A stretch of 28,325 bases of DNA, taken from Nanopusillaceae archaeon (GTDB lineage Archaea; Nanobdellota; Nanobdellia; Nanobdellales; Nanobdellaceae). Location: contig JAVYNJ010000006.1 of NCBI GenBank assembly GCA_038735675.1, positions 1 through 28,325 on the forward strand, written 5' to 3'. Of this stretch, positions 17,664 to 26,297 are shown piece after piece; the first letter of the stretch is position 1; every line of letters starts with the position of its first letter. The notes under the pieces are model-generated. The model had not been told where the DNA came from. It made no database searches and saw only the letters and a program-made list of their open reading frames with translations. The translations under genes were made by a program, and so were the position numbers.

Positions 17664-17831
17664 ATGACCACAAAAAAGATAGAAACATTACCTGTTAGAA
17701 GTTTTGCTGGAATATTTAAATTTGGAAAAGAAAAATCTAAAATAGTAATAGATAAAAAAACATTTATTGCTCTAGCAATAATATTGGCTGCTTTAGTTCT
17801 AGCTGCACACATAATATTCAAATATATTTAA
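17664..17831 (+). CDS. Sec61-beta/Sec-beta-like preprotein translocase subunit (55 aa, tail-anchored)
   Basis: Small ORF below the track cutoff: MTTKKIETLPVRSFAGIFKFGKEKSKIVIDKKTFIALAIILAALVLAAHIIFKYI. The (S/F)AG(L/I)xx(Y/F) motif followed by a single C-terminal TM matches archaeal Sec-beta. Confidence 0.6.
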   Translation: MTTKKIETLPVRSFAGIFKFGKEKSKIVIDKKTFIALAIILAALVLAAHIIFKYI

Positions 17832-17840
17832 TAAGAACTC

Positions 17841-18272
17841 ATGAATTCTAAAGAAATTCTTTCAGAAGTTTTACATATTTATAATGTATCTCTAAAAAAT
17901 AATAAAGGATTAGAAACAGTAAAACAACTAATAAAGACATTATGCAGCTTTTATGATTCTTTAATAACAGAATATTTGCAATATTTAAAAAATAAAGGAA
18001 AAATAAAGGAAATTCCTGAAGTACCAATGAAGAGGTTAGAAATATTTGAAGAAAACTTTACTAATGAAGAAGTAAAGCCTATATTAGAAAATTATAAAAT
18101 TTTAAGATTTTGTATAAACTCAGAAATTATGATAAAAGATGAATATAGAAGATCTATGATCATTATATGCAAATCCCTCGATAAAGTTGTAGAAATAAAT
18201 CAAAAGTCGCTAAAAGATTTTGTAGAAATGGCCAAAAAATTTTTACAAATAGTTGAAAAGCAAATTGGCTGA
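17841..18272 (+). CDS. Hypothetical all-helical protein, 143 aa, overlapping the downstream MinD/ParA-like gene
   Basis: ORF with native codon bias and no recognisable motif. It overlaps the next gene by 20 nt. Confidence 0.4.
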   Translation: MNSKEILSEVLHIYNVSLKNNKGLETVKQLIKTLCSFYDSLITEYLQYLKNKGKIKEIPEVPMKRLEIFEENFTNEEVKPILENYKILRFCINSEIMIKDEYRRSMIIICKSLDKVVEINQKSLKDFVEMAKKFLQIVEKQIG

Positions 18273-19020
18273 AGTTTTTTCTATAATATCGGGTAAAGGA
18301 GGAGTAGGAAAAACTTTTATTTCAATAAATTTAGCTTATGCTCTCAACAATTTTAATAAAAAAGTTCTTTTAATAGACTCTAATATAACAACTCCAAATG
18401 TAAGCATTGTTTTAAGAGTTGACAGAAGAGGAAAAACGATTCATGATTTTTTAAAATCAAAAATAGAACTAGAGGATGCTATATTTAAAACAAAATATGG
18501 GTTCGATCTAATACCGGGAAGTTTACAAATAGAAGATTTAGTAGATGTAGATTTAGATAGACTATATTTTCTATATAAAGTCAGAGAGAAATACGATTAC
18601 ATAATACTAGATTCTTCAGCCGGTTTAGGTAGAGAAGCTTATTCTTCCATTAAAGCTGCTGATGAAACCATATTGGTTACAACTCCTGAAAAAGCAGCTT
18701 TAATGGATGCTTTAAGAGCGATAAAAATATGTAAAACTCTGGGAACTAAAATAAAAGGAATAATATTAAATAGATATACTGAAAATGTAGATTTATATAA
18801 AATAGAAACTTTACTAGAAGAAAAATTAATAGGTACCGTCAGAGAAGATGAAAATGTTCAATATAGTATGAATATTGGTATTCCTTTAATAGAAATAGAC
18901 CCAAATTCTCCAGCTTCTTTAGATATCCTAAATATATCAAAGAGAATTTTAGGAATAAAAGAAGAAATTAAAGAAGAAGGATTCTTAACAAAAATATTTA
19001 ACATATTTAAATGGAGATAG
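18253..19020 (+). CDS. MinD/ParA-family P-loop ATPase
   Basis: Deviant Walker A SGKGGVGKT, LLIDSN, Walker B IILDSSAG. The start is uncertain: TTG at 18253 or in-frame TTG at 18265. Confidence 0.85.
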   Translation: MKSKLAEVFSIISGKGGVGKTFISINLAYALNNFNKKVLLIDSNITTPNVSIVLRVDRRGKTIHDFLKSKIELEDAIFKTKYGFDLIPGSLQIEDLVDVDLDRLYFLYKVREKYDYIILDSSAGLGREAYSSIKAADETILVTTPEKAALMDALRAIKICKTLGTKIKGIILNRYTENVDLYKIETLLEEKLIGTVREDENVQYSMNIGIPLIEIDPNSPASLDILNISKRILGIKEEIKEEGFLTKIFNIFKWR

Positions 19021-19274
19021 ATTTAGAAATAAATAGAATTTTAGATATAATAAAAGAAAAAAAGCCAAAAAAGATTTTACTACAATTTCCAGATGGCTTA
19101 AAACCTAGATCAAAAATAATATATGATCTAATAAAAGAAAACTTTCCAAATACAGAAGTTTACATATGGTTGGGGGAAACTTTTGGAGGTTGTGATGTTC
19201 CTATATGGCTAGAAAAATATGGATTTGATCTAATAATAAATATAGGCCATTCGAAAGTTACGATAGAAAGATGA
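19011..19274 (+). CDS. dph2: Diphthamide synthase Dph2 N-terminal fragment (87 aa; truncated gene, split gene or pseudogene)
   Basis: ILLQFPDGLKPRS..GETFGGCDVP..DLIINIGHS aligns by eye with the first ~85 residues of archaeal Dph2 (~330-340 aa). The ORF then stops, and downstream DNA encodes an unrelated membrane peptide. Confidence 0.6.
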   Translation: MEIDLEINRILDIIKEKKPKKILLQFPDGLKPRSKIIYDLIKENFPNTEVYIWLGETFGGCDVPIWLEKYGFDLIINIGHSKVTIER

Positions 19275-19501
19275 TAATCCAAAAATTTTATCTATTTTTA
19301 GGTATTACCTTTATTTTAATAGGAATTTTTTTGACTATTATGTCACTTGGAATACATAAAAATGGGAAATTTACATTTATTGGATTAATTGGTCCTTTTC
19401 CAATAATAATAGTTGATAATAAAATCTCTTATATAACAATACTATCGATATTTATTTTTTTATTTATAGTTTTATTGTTTATTATATTCTTTTTCTACTA
19501 A
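19271..19501 (+). CDS. Small membrane protein, DUF131/TIGR00304-like
   Basis: 76 aa with two to three TM segments and the central motif FIGLIGPFPIII typical of that archaeal family. 4-nt overlap with the Dph2 fragment and 30-nt convergent overlap with the HAD gene. Confidence 0.45.
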   Translation: MIIQKFYLFLGITFILIGIFLTIMSLGIHKNGKFTFIGLIGPFPIIIVDNKISYITILSIFIFLFIVLLFIIFFFY

Positions 19502-20161
19502 ATTTTCTTCAAAAAACTTATAAACTTCTTTAAGATTTTTAAAAATTTTATATATTCCCAAATTTCTGAATTCTTGTTTATTACCCACTCCTGTCAATAC
19601 CGCAATAACATTTAGTCCTGCAGATTTTGCAGATATTACTCCATAAATAGAATCTTCAATTGCCAAACATTCTCCAGCTAATAGATTTAATTTTTTAACA
19701 GCTAAAATATAAGGTTCTGGGTCTGGCTTTGTATTTTTTACATCGTCTGAAGTAATTATAATATCAAAAAAATTTTCTAAACCTAAATTTTTTAATACTT
19801 TTTCCGTAAAATCTCTATTAGAAGAAGTTACAATTCCTATTTTATAATTTTTTTCTTTTAAAAAGAATAAAAGCTCTTTTGATCCCAAATTAAATTTTAT
19901 TTTATCAATATTTTTTTCTAAAATTTCATTTCGCATTTTAAAAAAATTTTCATATGTTATTCCATAATTCTTTAAGTATTTTTCATAAATTTTTTTAGCT
20001 AATTCTTCTGGAGATTCTCCATTATTTTTTATAAAATTTTCATCAGTTTTTATATTTAATTTTTCAAATAATATTCGATATGTTTCTGCATATACTGGTA
20101 AAGAATTTATTAAAGTTCCGTCTAGATCTATAAATACTCCTTTTATATTTCTTAAAAACAT
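19472..20161 (-). CDS. HAD-superfamily hydrolase (beta-phosphoglucomutase/phosphatase-like subfamily IA)
   Basis: 229 aa. Motif I FIDLDGTL, motif II VTSS, and K..P / EDS..G motifs III-IV. Confidence 0.8.
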   Translation of the reverse strand: MFLRNIKGVFIDLDGTLINSLPVYAETYRILFEKLNIKTDENFIKNNGESPEELAKKIYEKYLKNYGITYENFFKMRNEILEKNIDKIKFNLGSKELLFFLKEKNYKIGIVTSSNRDFTEKVLKNLGLENFFDIIITSDDVKNTKPDPEPYILAVKKLNLLAGECLAIEDSIYGVISAKSAGLNVIAVLTGVGNKQEFRNLGIYKIFKNLKEVYKFFEENLVEKEYNKQ

Positions 20162-20167
20162 TATTTT

Positions 20168-20734
20168 TTAATTTAATAATTTTAATATTTCCTTTTCGTC
20201 TATATTTTTACCTACATACTCGAAATAAGATCCAGATAATTTATTTCTGGCGATTCTTAAAAGTTCCTTGATTAAAGGTATCATTTGTTCATTCTCAAAA
20301 TATATAGATAAAATAATATCCTTCCTATATATTTGAGCTGCTCTATACATAGGTTTACCAAATGAAAGTCTCATACCCTGTGATATTCTATCCGCAGCAA
20401 CTCCTCCACCACCATAAACAATTGGATGTTCTCTAACGACATGATGAGGATATTTTCTAATTATAAATAAAAAATCTTTAACATCTTTCTCTAAATATTT
20501 CAGTAAATTGATTCTAACTGCTTCTAAAGAATAATCAGATATTTGAATATTTAATTTTGATATTAAATGTCCGGCATATTTCCAACTTTTAATTACCTTT
20601 GTTTTATTTCCCATCACCATCATTCTTAATTTTGCAATTGGAGCTCCTGGTATTTTGTTAAGTGACTTTGAGTATGAAAATCTAGTATATGCTCTTTCTA
20701 TTTCTCTAAATATTCTCCAAGGTCTTTTAGCCAT
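20168..20734 (-). CDS. rpl10e: Ribosomal protein uL16 (L10e)
   Basis: 188 aa. MAKRPWRIFREIERAYTRFSY..IPGAPIAKLRMMVMGN follows the L10e N-terminal pattern RPxRxYR..YTR..PGxKIxxFxMGN. Confidence 0.9.
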   Translation of the reverse strand: MAKRPWRIFREIERAYTRFSYSKSLNKIPGAPIAKLRMMVMGNKTKVIKSWKYAGHLISKLNIQISDYSLEAVRINLLKYLEKDVKDFLFIIRKYPHHVVREHPIVYGGGGVAADRISQGMRLSFGKPMYRAAQIYRKDIILSIYFENEQMIPLIKELLRIARNKLSGSYFEYVGKNIDEKEILKLLN

Positions 20735-21213
20735 TATATCATTGATGCCAATAAATTATTTATATTTTCGCCCCAGTAACCATACGCTCCGCCTTCCTTA
20801 TAGTTTACTTTAATTCCTTTTCTAGGATATCCTCCAGATGGTGGTTTAAGCCTAAAATATGGTTTAATTCCTGGAATATCTTCTAATTCCATCTTAAAAT
20901 CAAAGAAATTATTAACAAAATCATCTAAAGAAATACCCAATGTTTTCTTCAAATATTCCTCAGAAAATCTTTTATTTCCAACTAATCTTCCTCTTTTTAG
21001 CAATAAATTCTTGAAAATTTCTTTTTTAATCTCTCCCCAAGCTATCCAAGGTTCTACTTTCTTTATCATACCCACAATTTCTGGAGTATTTTTAGTAATA
21101 ACTGCTAAGTTATTTCTCCTTAACCTTAATAAATAAAGAGTGTCTTTGACTTCTCTATCCGATTTTGCAATACCTCTAATTCTAATAACTACAATTCTTT
21201 TTAAATCGTTCAT
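20734..21213 (-). CDS. rpl30p: Ribosomal protein uL30 (L30p/L7e)
   Basis: 159 aa. VVIRIRGIAKSDREVKDTLYLLRLRRNNLAVI is the uL30 core. 4-nt overlap with uS5 and 1-nt overlap with uL16. Confidence 0.9.
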   Translation of the reverse strand: MNDLKRIVVIRIRGIAKSDREVKDTLYLLRLRRNNLAVITKNTPEIVGMIKKVEPWIAWGEIKKEIFKNLLLKRGRLVGNKRFSEEYLKKTLGISLDDFVNNFFDFKMELEDIPGIKPYFRLKPPSGGYPRKGIKVNYKEGGAYGYWGENINNLLASMI

Positions 21214-21986
21214 ATTAAACCAAATTTCAATCCTGAAAGCCTAGCATATTCTTCCTTTATCCTATATTCTGCTGTTTGCTTCAATGCTTTAAAAGCTGCA
21301 GATATAAAGTTTATTCTCTTTCTCGTTTGACCAAAAGATTTCATCCAAATATCTTTTATTCCTGCCAATTTTAATAATTTTTTTATCTCATCTGGAGCAA
21401 CTAATCCAGTTCCAACTGGAGCTGGAAGGAAAACAACTTTTACTGATCCTTGCTTACCCTCAACCTTAAAAGGAATGGAATGTGGCTGTCCACAACCACA
21501 TTCCCATGCACCACATCCTCTTCCTACTGGAAATATATTTAATTTTGCTCTTCTAACAGCTTTTTGCATCGCTAAAGGAATATCATAAGATTTTCCCAAA
21601 CCAACACCAACATATCCGTTTTCATTTCCAACAACTGCTAACGCAACCCATGAAGGTTTATCACCTTCAGCTGTTTTTCTTCTAACCATCTTAACTATTT
21701 TGGGTCTTCTATATTTACCAACAGATAATCCCAATTTTATAAATTCAATTTTTAGATCTGGGATTAAGTAATCTACAATTTCGTATTCAAGAATTTTGTA
21801 TCCATTTACAAATATTTGCTCTATAGATACAATTTTTCCTTCTTTAACTAATTTACCTAGTTTAGTTTTTGGAATCCAATCTTTTAATCTTTCTTTAATT
21901 GTGAGTTGCTCTGTCTCTAAAATCTGTAATCCCTCCTTTTCTTTTTCTTCTATTTTATTTTCATTATTAATTTGTTCCTCTACCAT
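21210..21986 (-). CDS. rps5p: Ribosomal protein uS5 (S5p/S2e)
   Basis: 258 aa. [27 protein letters not shown], and FGQTR near the C-terminus. Acidic N-terminal extension. Confidence 0.9.
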   Translation of the reverse strand: MVEEQINNENKIEEKEKEGLQILETEQLTIKERLKDWIPKTKLGKLVKEGKIVSIEQIFVNGYKILEYEIVDYLIPDLKIEFIKLGLSVGKYRRPKIVKMVRRKTAEGDKPSWVALAVVGNENGYVGVGLGKSYDIPLAMQKAVRRAKLNIFPVGRGCGAWECGCGQPHSIPFKVEGKQGSVKVVFLPAPVGTGLVAPDEIKKLLKLAGIKDIWMKSFGQTRKRINFISAAFKALKQTAEYRIKEEYARLSGLKFGLI

Positions 21987-22144
21987 TTTCTATCCGATTT
22001 ATATGCCCAATTATAGGCCCTCATTTTTGAAGTTTTTCCAAACCCACAATGCGAACAATAACCTTTATCTGGATTATAAGTTCGTCTACCACATCTTCTA
22101 CATATACCATGATTCCTTTTTGCTCTACCACCAAGTACGGTCAT
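21980..22144 (-). CDS. rpl37e: Ribosomal protein eL37 (54 aa)
   Basis: [46 protein letters not shown] carries the CxxC-x14-CxxC zinc ribbon. I start at Met19 of the listed ORF, because the upstream 18 codons overlap the divergent GT gene. Confidence 0.85.
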   Translation of the reverse strand: MTVLGGRAKRNHGICRRCGRRTYNPDKGYCSHCGFGKTSKMRAYNWAYKSDRKW

Positions 22145-22184
22145 GAAATAAGTAATATTAAAAATACTTTTTAAAATAAATCGT

Positions 22185-23243
22185 ATGGATATAAGCATTA
22201 TAGTTCCCGTATATAATGAAAGAGAAAATATAGAAAAGCTTGTAAAAAGAATTTCTAATGCTTTAAAGAATTATAAATTTGAAATAATCTTTATAGACGA
22301 TAATTCTACAGATGGAACAACAGAAAAAATAAAAAAACTATGTGATGTAAACAAAAATATTGTTTTAATATTAAGAAAAAAGAAAATGGGTATAAATTCT
22401 GCTTTTATTATTGGTTATAAAAGATCTAAAGGAAAGTATATTGTTTTGATTGATGCAGATCTTCAACATCCACCAGAAAAAATACCGGAAATGATTAAAT
22501 ATCTTGAAAAAGGATATGATATAGTTATTGCATCTAGATTTTTGAAAAAAAGCAAAATAAGAGGATTAAAAACATTAAGAAAGATTTTTTCTATTTTAGC
22601 TTGCAAGCTTATTAGATTGACTATCAAAAAAATTAAAATAAAGGATCCTTTATCCGGATTTTTTGCCTTGAAAAGAGAGGTATTAGATGGAATAATACAA
22701 AAAGTTAAATTCAAGCGAGGATTTAAAATATTAATAGAAATATTGGCAAATTCCGAAAATATTAAATTTAAAGAGATTCCATTTACTTTTGAAAAAAGAG
22801 AATATGGAAAAAGTAAAATAAACAAAATAGTTTTAATAGAACTAATAAAACAAATAATACATTATTCTGAAATAAAAACGATACTTAAGTTTTACTTAGT
22901 TTCTATATCGGGAATAATTGTAAATTTGTTATCTATTTATATTTTAAGCATAATAGGATTTCAACATTTTATATCTAGCGCAATAGCAATAGAATTATCC
23001 ATAATAAACAATTTTCTATTAAATAATTATTGGACATTTAGAAATAGAAATAATAAATCATTTCATAAAAAATTTATAGAATATCATATTGTTACTATGA
23101 TTTCTGTAATTCTTCAATATACCATATCTAATCTTCTTTATTATTTGCTTTTAAAAAACAGTATAATATCCCAATTAATTGCAATACTTTTTTCATCGAT
23201 TATAAATCTTTTTGGAAGTTTCAAAATTGTTTGGACTAAATAA
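22185..23243 (+). CDS. Family-2 glycosyltransferase (dolichyl-phosphate mannose/glucose synthase-like) fused to a GtrA-like membrane domain
   Basis: 352 aa. [28 protein letters not shown] (GT-A with DxD-type motif), then four TM segments with [14 protein letters not shown] typical of GtrA-family domains. Confidence 0.8.
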   Translation: MDISIIVPVYNERENIEKLVKRISNALKNYKFEIIFIDDNSTDGTTEKIKKLCDVNKNIVLILRKKKMGINSAFIIGYKRSKGKYIVLIDADLQHPPEKIPEMIKYLEKGYDIVIASRFLKKSKIRGLKTLRKIFSILACKLIRLTIKKIKIKDPLSGFFALKREVLDGIIQKVKFKRGFKILIEILANSENIKFKEIPFTFEKREYGKSKINKIVLIELIKQIIHYSEIKTILKFYLVSISGIIVNLLSIYILSIIGFQHFISSAIAIELSIINNFLLNNYWTFRNRNNKSFHKKFIEYHIVTMISVILQYTISNLLYYLLLKNSIISQLIAILFSSIINLFGSFKIVWTK

Positions 23244-23244
23244 G

Positions 23245-23317
23245 GGCCCGGGCCGGGATTTGAACCCGGGACCTTCGGGTCCACAGCCCGACGCCCTGCC
23301 GCTGGGCTACCCGGGCC
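23245..23317 (-). tRNA. tRNA-His (GUG) with genome-encoded G-1 opposite C73; CCA not encoded
   Basis: Minus strand G-GCCCGGG-TA-GCCC-AGCGGCA-GGGC-G-TCGGG-CTGTGGA-CCCGA-AGGTC-CCGGG-TTCAAAT-CCCGG-CCCGGGC-C folds into a full cloverleaf with anticodon GTG. Confidence 0.9.
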
Positions 23318-23318
23318 A

Positions 23319-24581
23319 TTATGAATTTATTATTTCAATTATTTTATTAATTTCATTTATATCTATATCATATTTTTTCTTTTCAAGTCTATCTTGCAAA
23401 ATTAATTTTTTCTCCTCTATTTCTTTTCTTCCAACAATAATAATGTATCTAATATTTTTTGATACAACATATTCAATTTGATTTTTAAATTTTTTTCTAG
23501 AAACATCTAAATAAACTCTTAATCCGAGATCTCTCAATTTTCTAGCTAATTTTAATGCTTCCACATATAAATTCTGATCTAAATATATTATAGCTAAATC
23601 TAAAATAGTTTTATTATTTAAATCAAAAATTTTATTTTCTATTCCTAAATCCAATAATCTGTTTATTCCTATAGATCCGCCAACAGCAGGAACCTTAGAT
23701 TTTGAGAATAATTCTATCAAATTATCATATCTTCCACCCCCGGCCAAACTTATTTGAAAATTTTTCAAAACAATTTCAAATATCATTCCAGTATAGTAAT
23801 CCAAACCTCTAACCAGAGCAGGATTATAAATTACTTTTTTAGAATTTGAAAGATCTATTATATTATACAAAAGATTTAATCTATCACTTATTTCTTCTCT
23901 TTTTATTTTTGATATCTCATCTATAGCTTCTTGGCCTTTTAAGCCTATGATGCTCACAATTTTTTCTATTGTTTTACTATCAAATTTTTTTGAAAGTTCT
24001 TTAATTACACCATCCAATCCGATTTTATCTAGCTTATCTATTATAGTATAAACATCTTTAAAAGAGATTCCAAAATATTTAAATATATTTTCAATTAAAA
24101 TACGGTCATTTAAATATATATAAAAATCTTTGAATCCTAATTTTTCAAAGATTTTATCAAAAAGCTCTATTATTTCTGCATCTGCCTCTGGATATGGAGA
24201 GCCAATTATATCTGCATCGGCTTGCCAAAATTCTCTATATCTTCCTTTTTGAGGTTCATCATATCTAAACACTCTGTCTATTACATATCTCTTAAAAGGT
24301 AGAGAGGGGCGATATTTTGCATAAAATCTCGCTAAAGGAACTGTATTGTCGTACTTTAATGCATATTCCCTATCAGAAAAGGATAATTTAAATTTCCATA
24401 TTAATTTGTTTTCCGCCTCTTCTCCGTATTTTCCTTTTAAAATATCCCAATATTCAATTATAGGAGTTAATATTGGCTCAAAACCGTATTTTTGAAACTC
24501 CTCTTCAATTACTGAAACAATTTTTTTTCTAAGGATCTCATATTCTACGTTAAAATCCTTCATACCTTTTGGAGGATCCAA
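23319..24581 (-). CDS. hisS: Histidyl-tRNA synthetase
   Basis: 420 aa. PKGMKDF N-terminal motif, class II motifs (FRYDEPQKGRYREFWQ, GGGRYD) and a C-terminal anticodon-binding domain. Apparent TTG start. Confidence 0.9.
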   Translation of the reverse strand: MDPPKGMKDFNVEYEILRKKIVSVIEEEFQKYGFEPILTPIIEYWDILKGKYGEEAENKLIWKFKLSFSDREYALKYDNTVPLARFYAKYRPSLPFKRYVIDRVFRYDEPQKGRYREFWQADADIIGSPYPEADAEIIELFDKIFEKLGFKDFYIYLNDRILIENIFKYFGISFKDVYTIIDKLDKIGLDGVIKELSKKFDSKTIEKIVSIIGLKGQEAIDEISKIKREEISDRLNLLYNIIDLSNSKKVIYNPALVRGLDYYTGMIFEIVLKNFQISLAGGGRYDNLIELFSKSKVPAVGGSIGINRLLDLGIENKIFDLNNKTILDLAIIYLDQNLYVEALKLARKLRDLGLRVYLDVSRKKFKNQIEYVVSKNIRYIIIVGRKEIEEKKLILQDRLEKKKYDIDINEINKIIEIINS

Positions 24582-24617
24582 GCTAATGAAATGACATAAT
24601 AAGTGATTATTTCAATA

Positions 24618-24627
24618 TTTTTATAAA
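24618..24627. promoter_or_regulatory. TATA-like element TTTTTATAAA in the hisS/uL15 divergent spacer
   Basis: Centred about 29 nt upstream of the uL15 ATG (24652). It is near-palindromic and so could serve both directions. Confidence 0.35.
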
Positions 24628-24651
24628 CATAATTGACATATCGGATTTATA

Positions 24652-25101
24652 ATGACAGCGAGAAGATCAAAGAAATACAGGAAATATCTGGGTAAAAGAT
24701 ATGCTAGAAGAGGATATAATGATAGAAACAGATATGCTGGAAATCGCGGAGGTAGAGGAAAAGCTGGTTGGAGATTAAAAAAACAAAAAATGATCAAATT
24801 CTTCAAGGAATACATAGATTACATCAAAGATAAAAAAGGATTTACCAGCCCTAATTATAAAATAGAAAAGAATTTTGTAAATATAGAAGATATAGAAGAA
24901 TACTTTGAATATTTAATAAATGAGGGTATAGCAATGCAAGAAAATGAATTTTATGTAATAAATCTTAACGATCTTGGTATTGATAAATTGCTTGGAAAAG
25001 GAATGGTTAGTAGAAAATATAAAATTATCGTAAAAAGTGCATCAAAAAGCGCTATAGAAAAAATAAAGGCTTTAGGAGGAGAAGTAATCATATCTAACTA
25101 A
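24652..25101 (+). CDS. rpl15p: Ribosomal protein uL15 (L15p/L27Ae)
   Basis: 149 aa. Basic N-terminus with GNRGGRGKAGW, matching the uL15 G-rich loop. Confidence 0.85.
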   Translation: MTARRSKKYRKYLGKRYARRGYNDRNRYAGNRGGRGKAGWRLKKQKMIKFFKEYIDYIKDKKGFTSPNYKIEKNFVNIEDIEEYFEYLINEGIAMQENEFYVINLNDLGIDKLLGKGMVSRKYKIIVKSASKSAIEKIKALGGEVIISN

Positions 25102-25103
25102 AA

Positions 25104-25547
25104 ATGGATTTAGAACTACAAAAGAGGTTGGCATCAGAAATATTTGGAGTTGGAAAAGATAGAATATGGATTGATCCTAAAAAAGCTGAGGAAGTATCAA
25201 AAGCTTTAACTAGAGAAGACGTAAAATCTTTAATAGATCAAAAAATAATTAGAATAAAGCCTATAAAAGGACAATCTAGATATTGGAGTAATCTAATACA
25301 TGAAAAGAAGAAGAAAGGTCGAAGAAGAGGATATGGTTCAAGAAAAGGAAGTAAAAAAATTAGAACTAAAGAAAAAAACAGCAGAATTCTACAAATTAGA
25401 GCTATGAGAAAATTTATTAGAATACTAAAAGAAAAAAAGATTTTAGACAAAAGAATATATAGAAAGTTGTATAATTTAGTTAAAGGAGGCTCTTTAAAAA
25501 ACAAGAGGCATATATTGATCTGGTTAAAAGAAAGAAAAATATTATAG
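25104..25547 (+). CDS. rpl19e: Ribosomal protein eL19
   Basis: 147 aa. LQKRLASEIFGVGKDRIWIDP..IKPIKGQSR is the eL19 N-terminal signature. Confidence 0.9.
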   Translation: MDLELQKRLASEIFGVGKDRIWIDPKKAEEVSKALTREDVKSLIDQKIIRIKPIKGQSRYWSNLIHEKKKKGRRRGYGSRKGSKKIRTKEKNSRILQIRAMRKFIRILKEKKILDKRIYRKLYNLVKGGSLKNKRHILIWLKERKIL

Positions 25548-25548
25548 A

Positions 25549-25589
25549 ATTTTTTAGTTTTTAATAAAAAATTTTTAGTTTTATTTTTG
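25549..25589 (+). terminator. Oligo-T tracts after the uL15-eL19 unit (candidate archaeal intrinsic terminator)
   Basis: AATTTTTTAGTTTTTAATAAAAAATTTTTAGTTTTATTTTTG contains several T5-T6 runs directly after the eL19 stop, including a near-repeat TTTTTAGTTTT x2. Confidence 0.3.
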
Positions 25590-25655
25590 CTTACACAATA
25601 TAAAAAATTCTTTTTTTATGATAAGATTTATATTCTTTTCATAAAATATCTATAT

Positions 25656-25856
25656 ATGGCTGAAAAATCGTCTCCAATAAAAGAAGCCCTAATGAAAAAG
25701 TTTACTGGAGGAATAATAGAGTCTGATTTACAAAAAGTTATTGAGACAGTGGCAAAAGAAACTGGAAAACAGCCAAGAGTAATTAAGGCTTTATTTAGCA
25801 GATATCTAAAATCTGGAGTAATTAAAAAGGAAGGAAACAAATATATTTGGGCCTAG
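25656..25856 (+). CDS. Small hypothetical protein (66 aa), possibly winged-helix-like
   Basis: MAEKSSPIKEALMKKF..RYLKSGVIKKEGNKYIWA. I start at the internal ATG rather than the listed TTG. No firm motif. Confidence 0.3.
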   Translation: MAEKSSPIKEALMKKFTGGIIESDLQKVIETVAKETGKQPRVIKALFSRYLKSGVIKKEGNKYIWA

Positions 25857-25926
25857 AATACTTTTTTAATTGTTTTTTAAGAACGATATATTTTAATTAA
25901 ACAAAGTCATATTAAAAATTTTTATA

Positions 25927-26001
25927 GCCCCCGTCGTCTAGTCAGGTCTAGGATACGGGGTTCTCATCCCCGAGACCCGGGTTCAAATCCCGGCGGGGGC
26001 A
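25927..26001 (+). tRNA. tRNA-Glu (CUC); CCA not encoded
   Basis: GCCCCCG-TC-GTCT-AGTCAGGTCTA-GGAT-A-CGGGG-TTCTCAT-CCCCG-AGAC-CCGGG-TTCAAAT-CCCGG-CGGGGGC-A. Cloverleaf with anticodon CTC; the D stem uses G-U pairs. Confidence 0.9.
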
Positions 26002-26297
26002 TGCTAATTTCTACGAATTATACACATAAGCAAAATTAAAAAAATATGGACTTATATAACAAGAGAAAAACAATAAATGATCAACTGGAAGATTTTTAAA
26101 AGAATAGACTTAAAAACCCATGAGAATGTCGTAAAATTTATAAAAAAATTAGAAGCCAATAATTATTTTAAAGAAAAAATAGAAAATATATTTACATACT
26201 AAAACTTTAAAAAACTTTTAGGAAAAGATCTTTCTAAAGTAACAAAGTATAATTGCTTTTGTATAACTTTTTATTTTTTTATCTTAATTTTGAGTAT

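Noticed and set aside
26077-26202. 41-aa ORF (MINWKIFKRIDLKTHENVVKFIKKLEANNYFKEKIENIFTY) in the tRNA-Glu/methylase spacer, vaguely like the N-terminus of RelE/ParE-type toxins
   Set aside because: It is too short and the resemblance too weak. No partner ORF is present, and in such AT-rich DNA ORFs of this size arise by chance.
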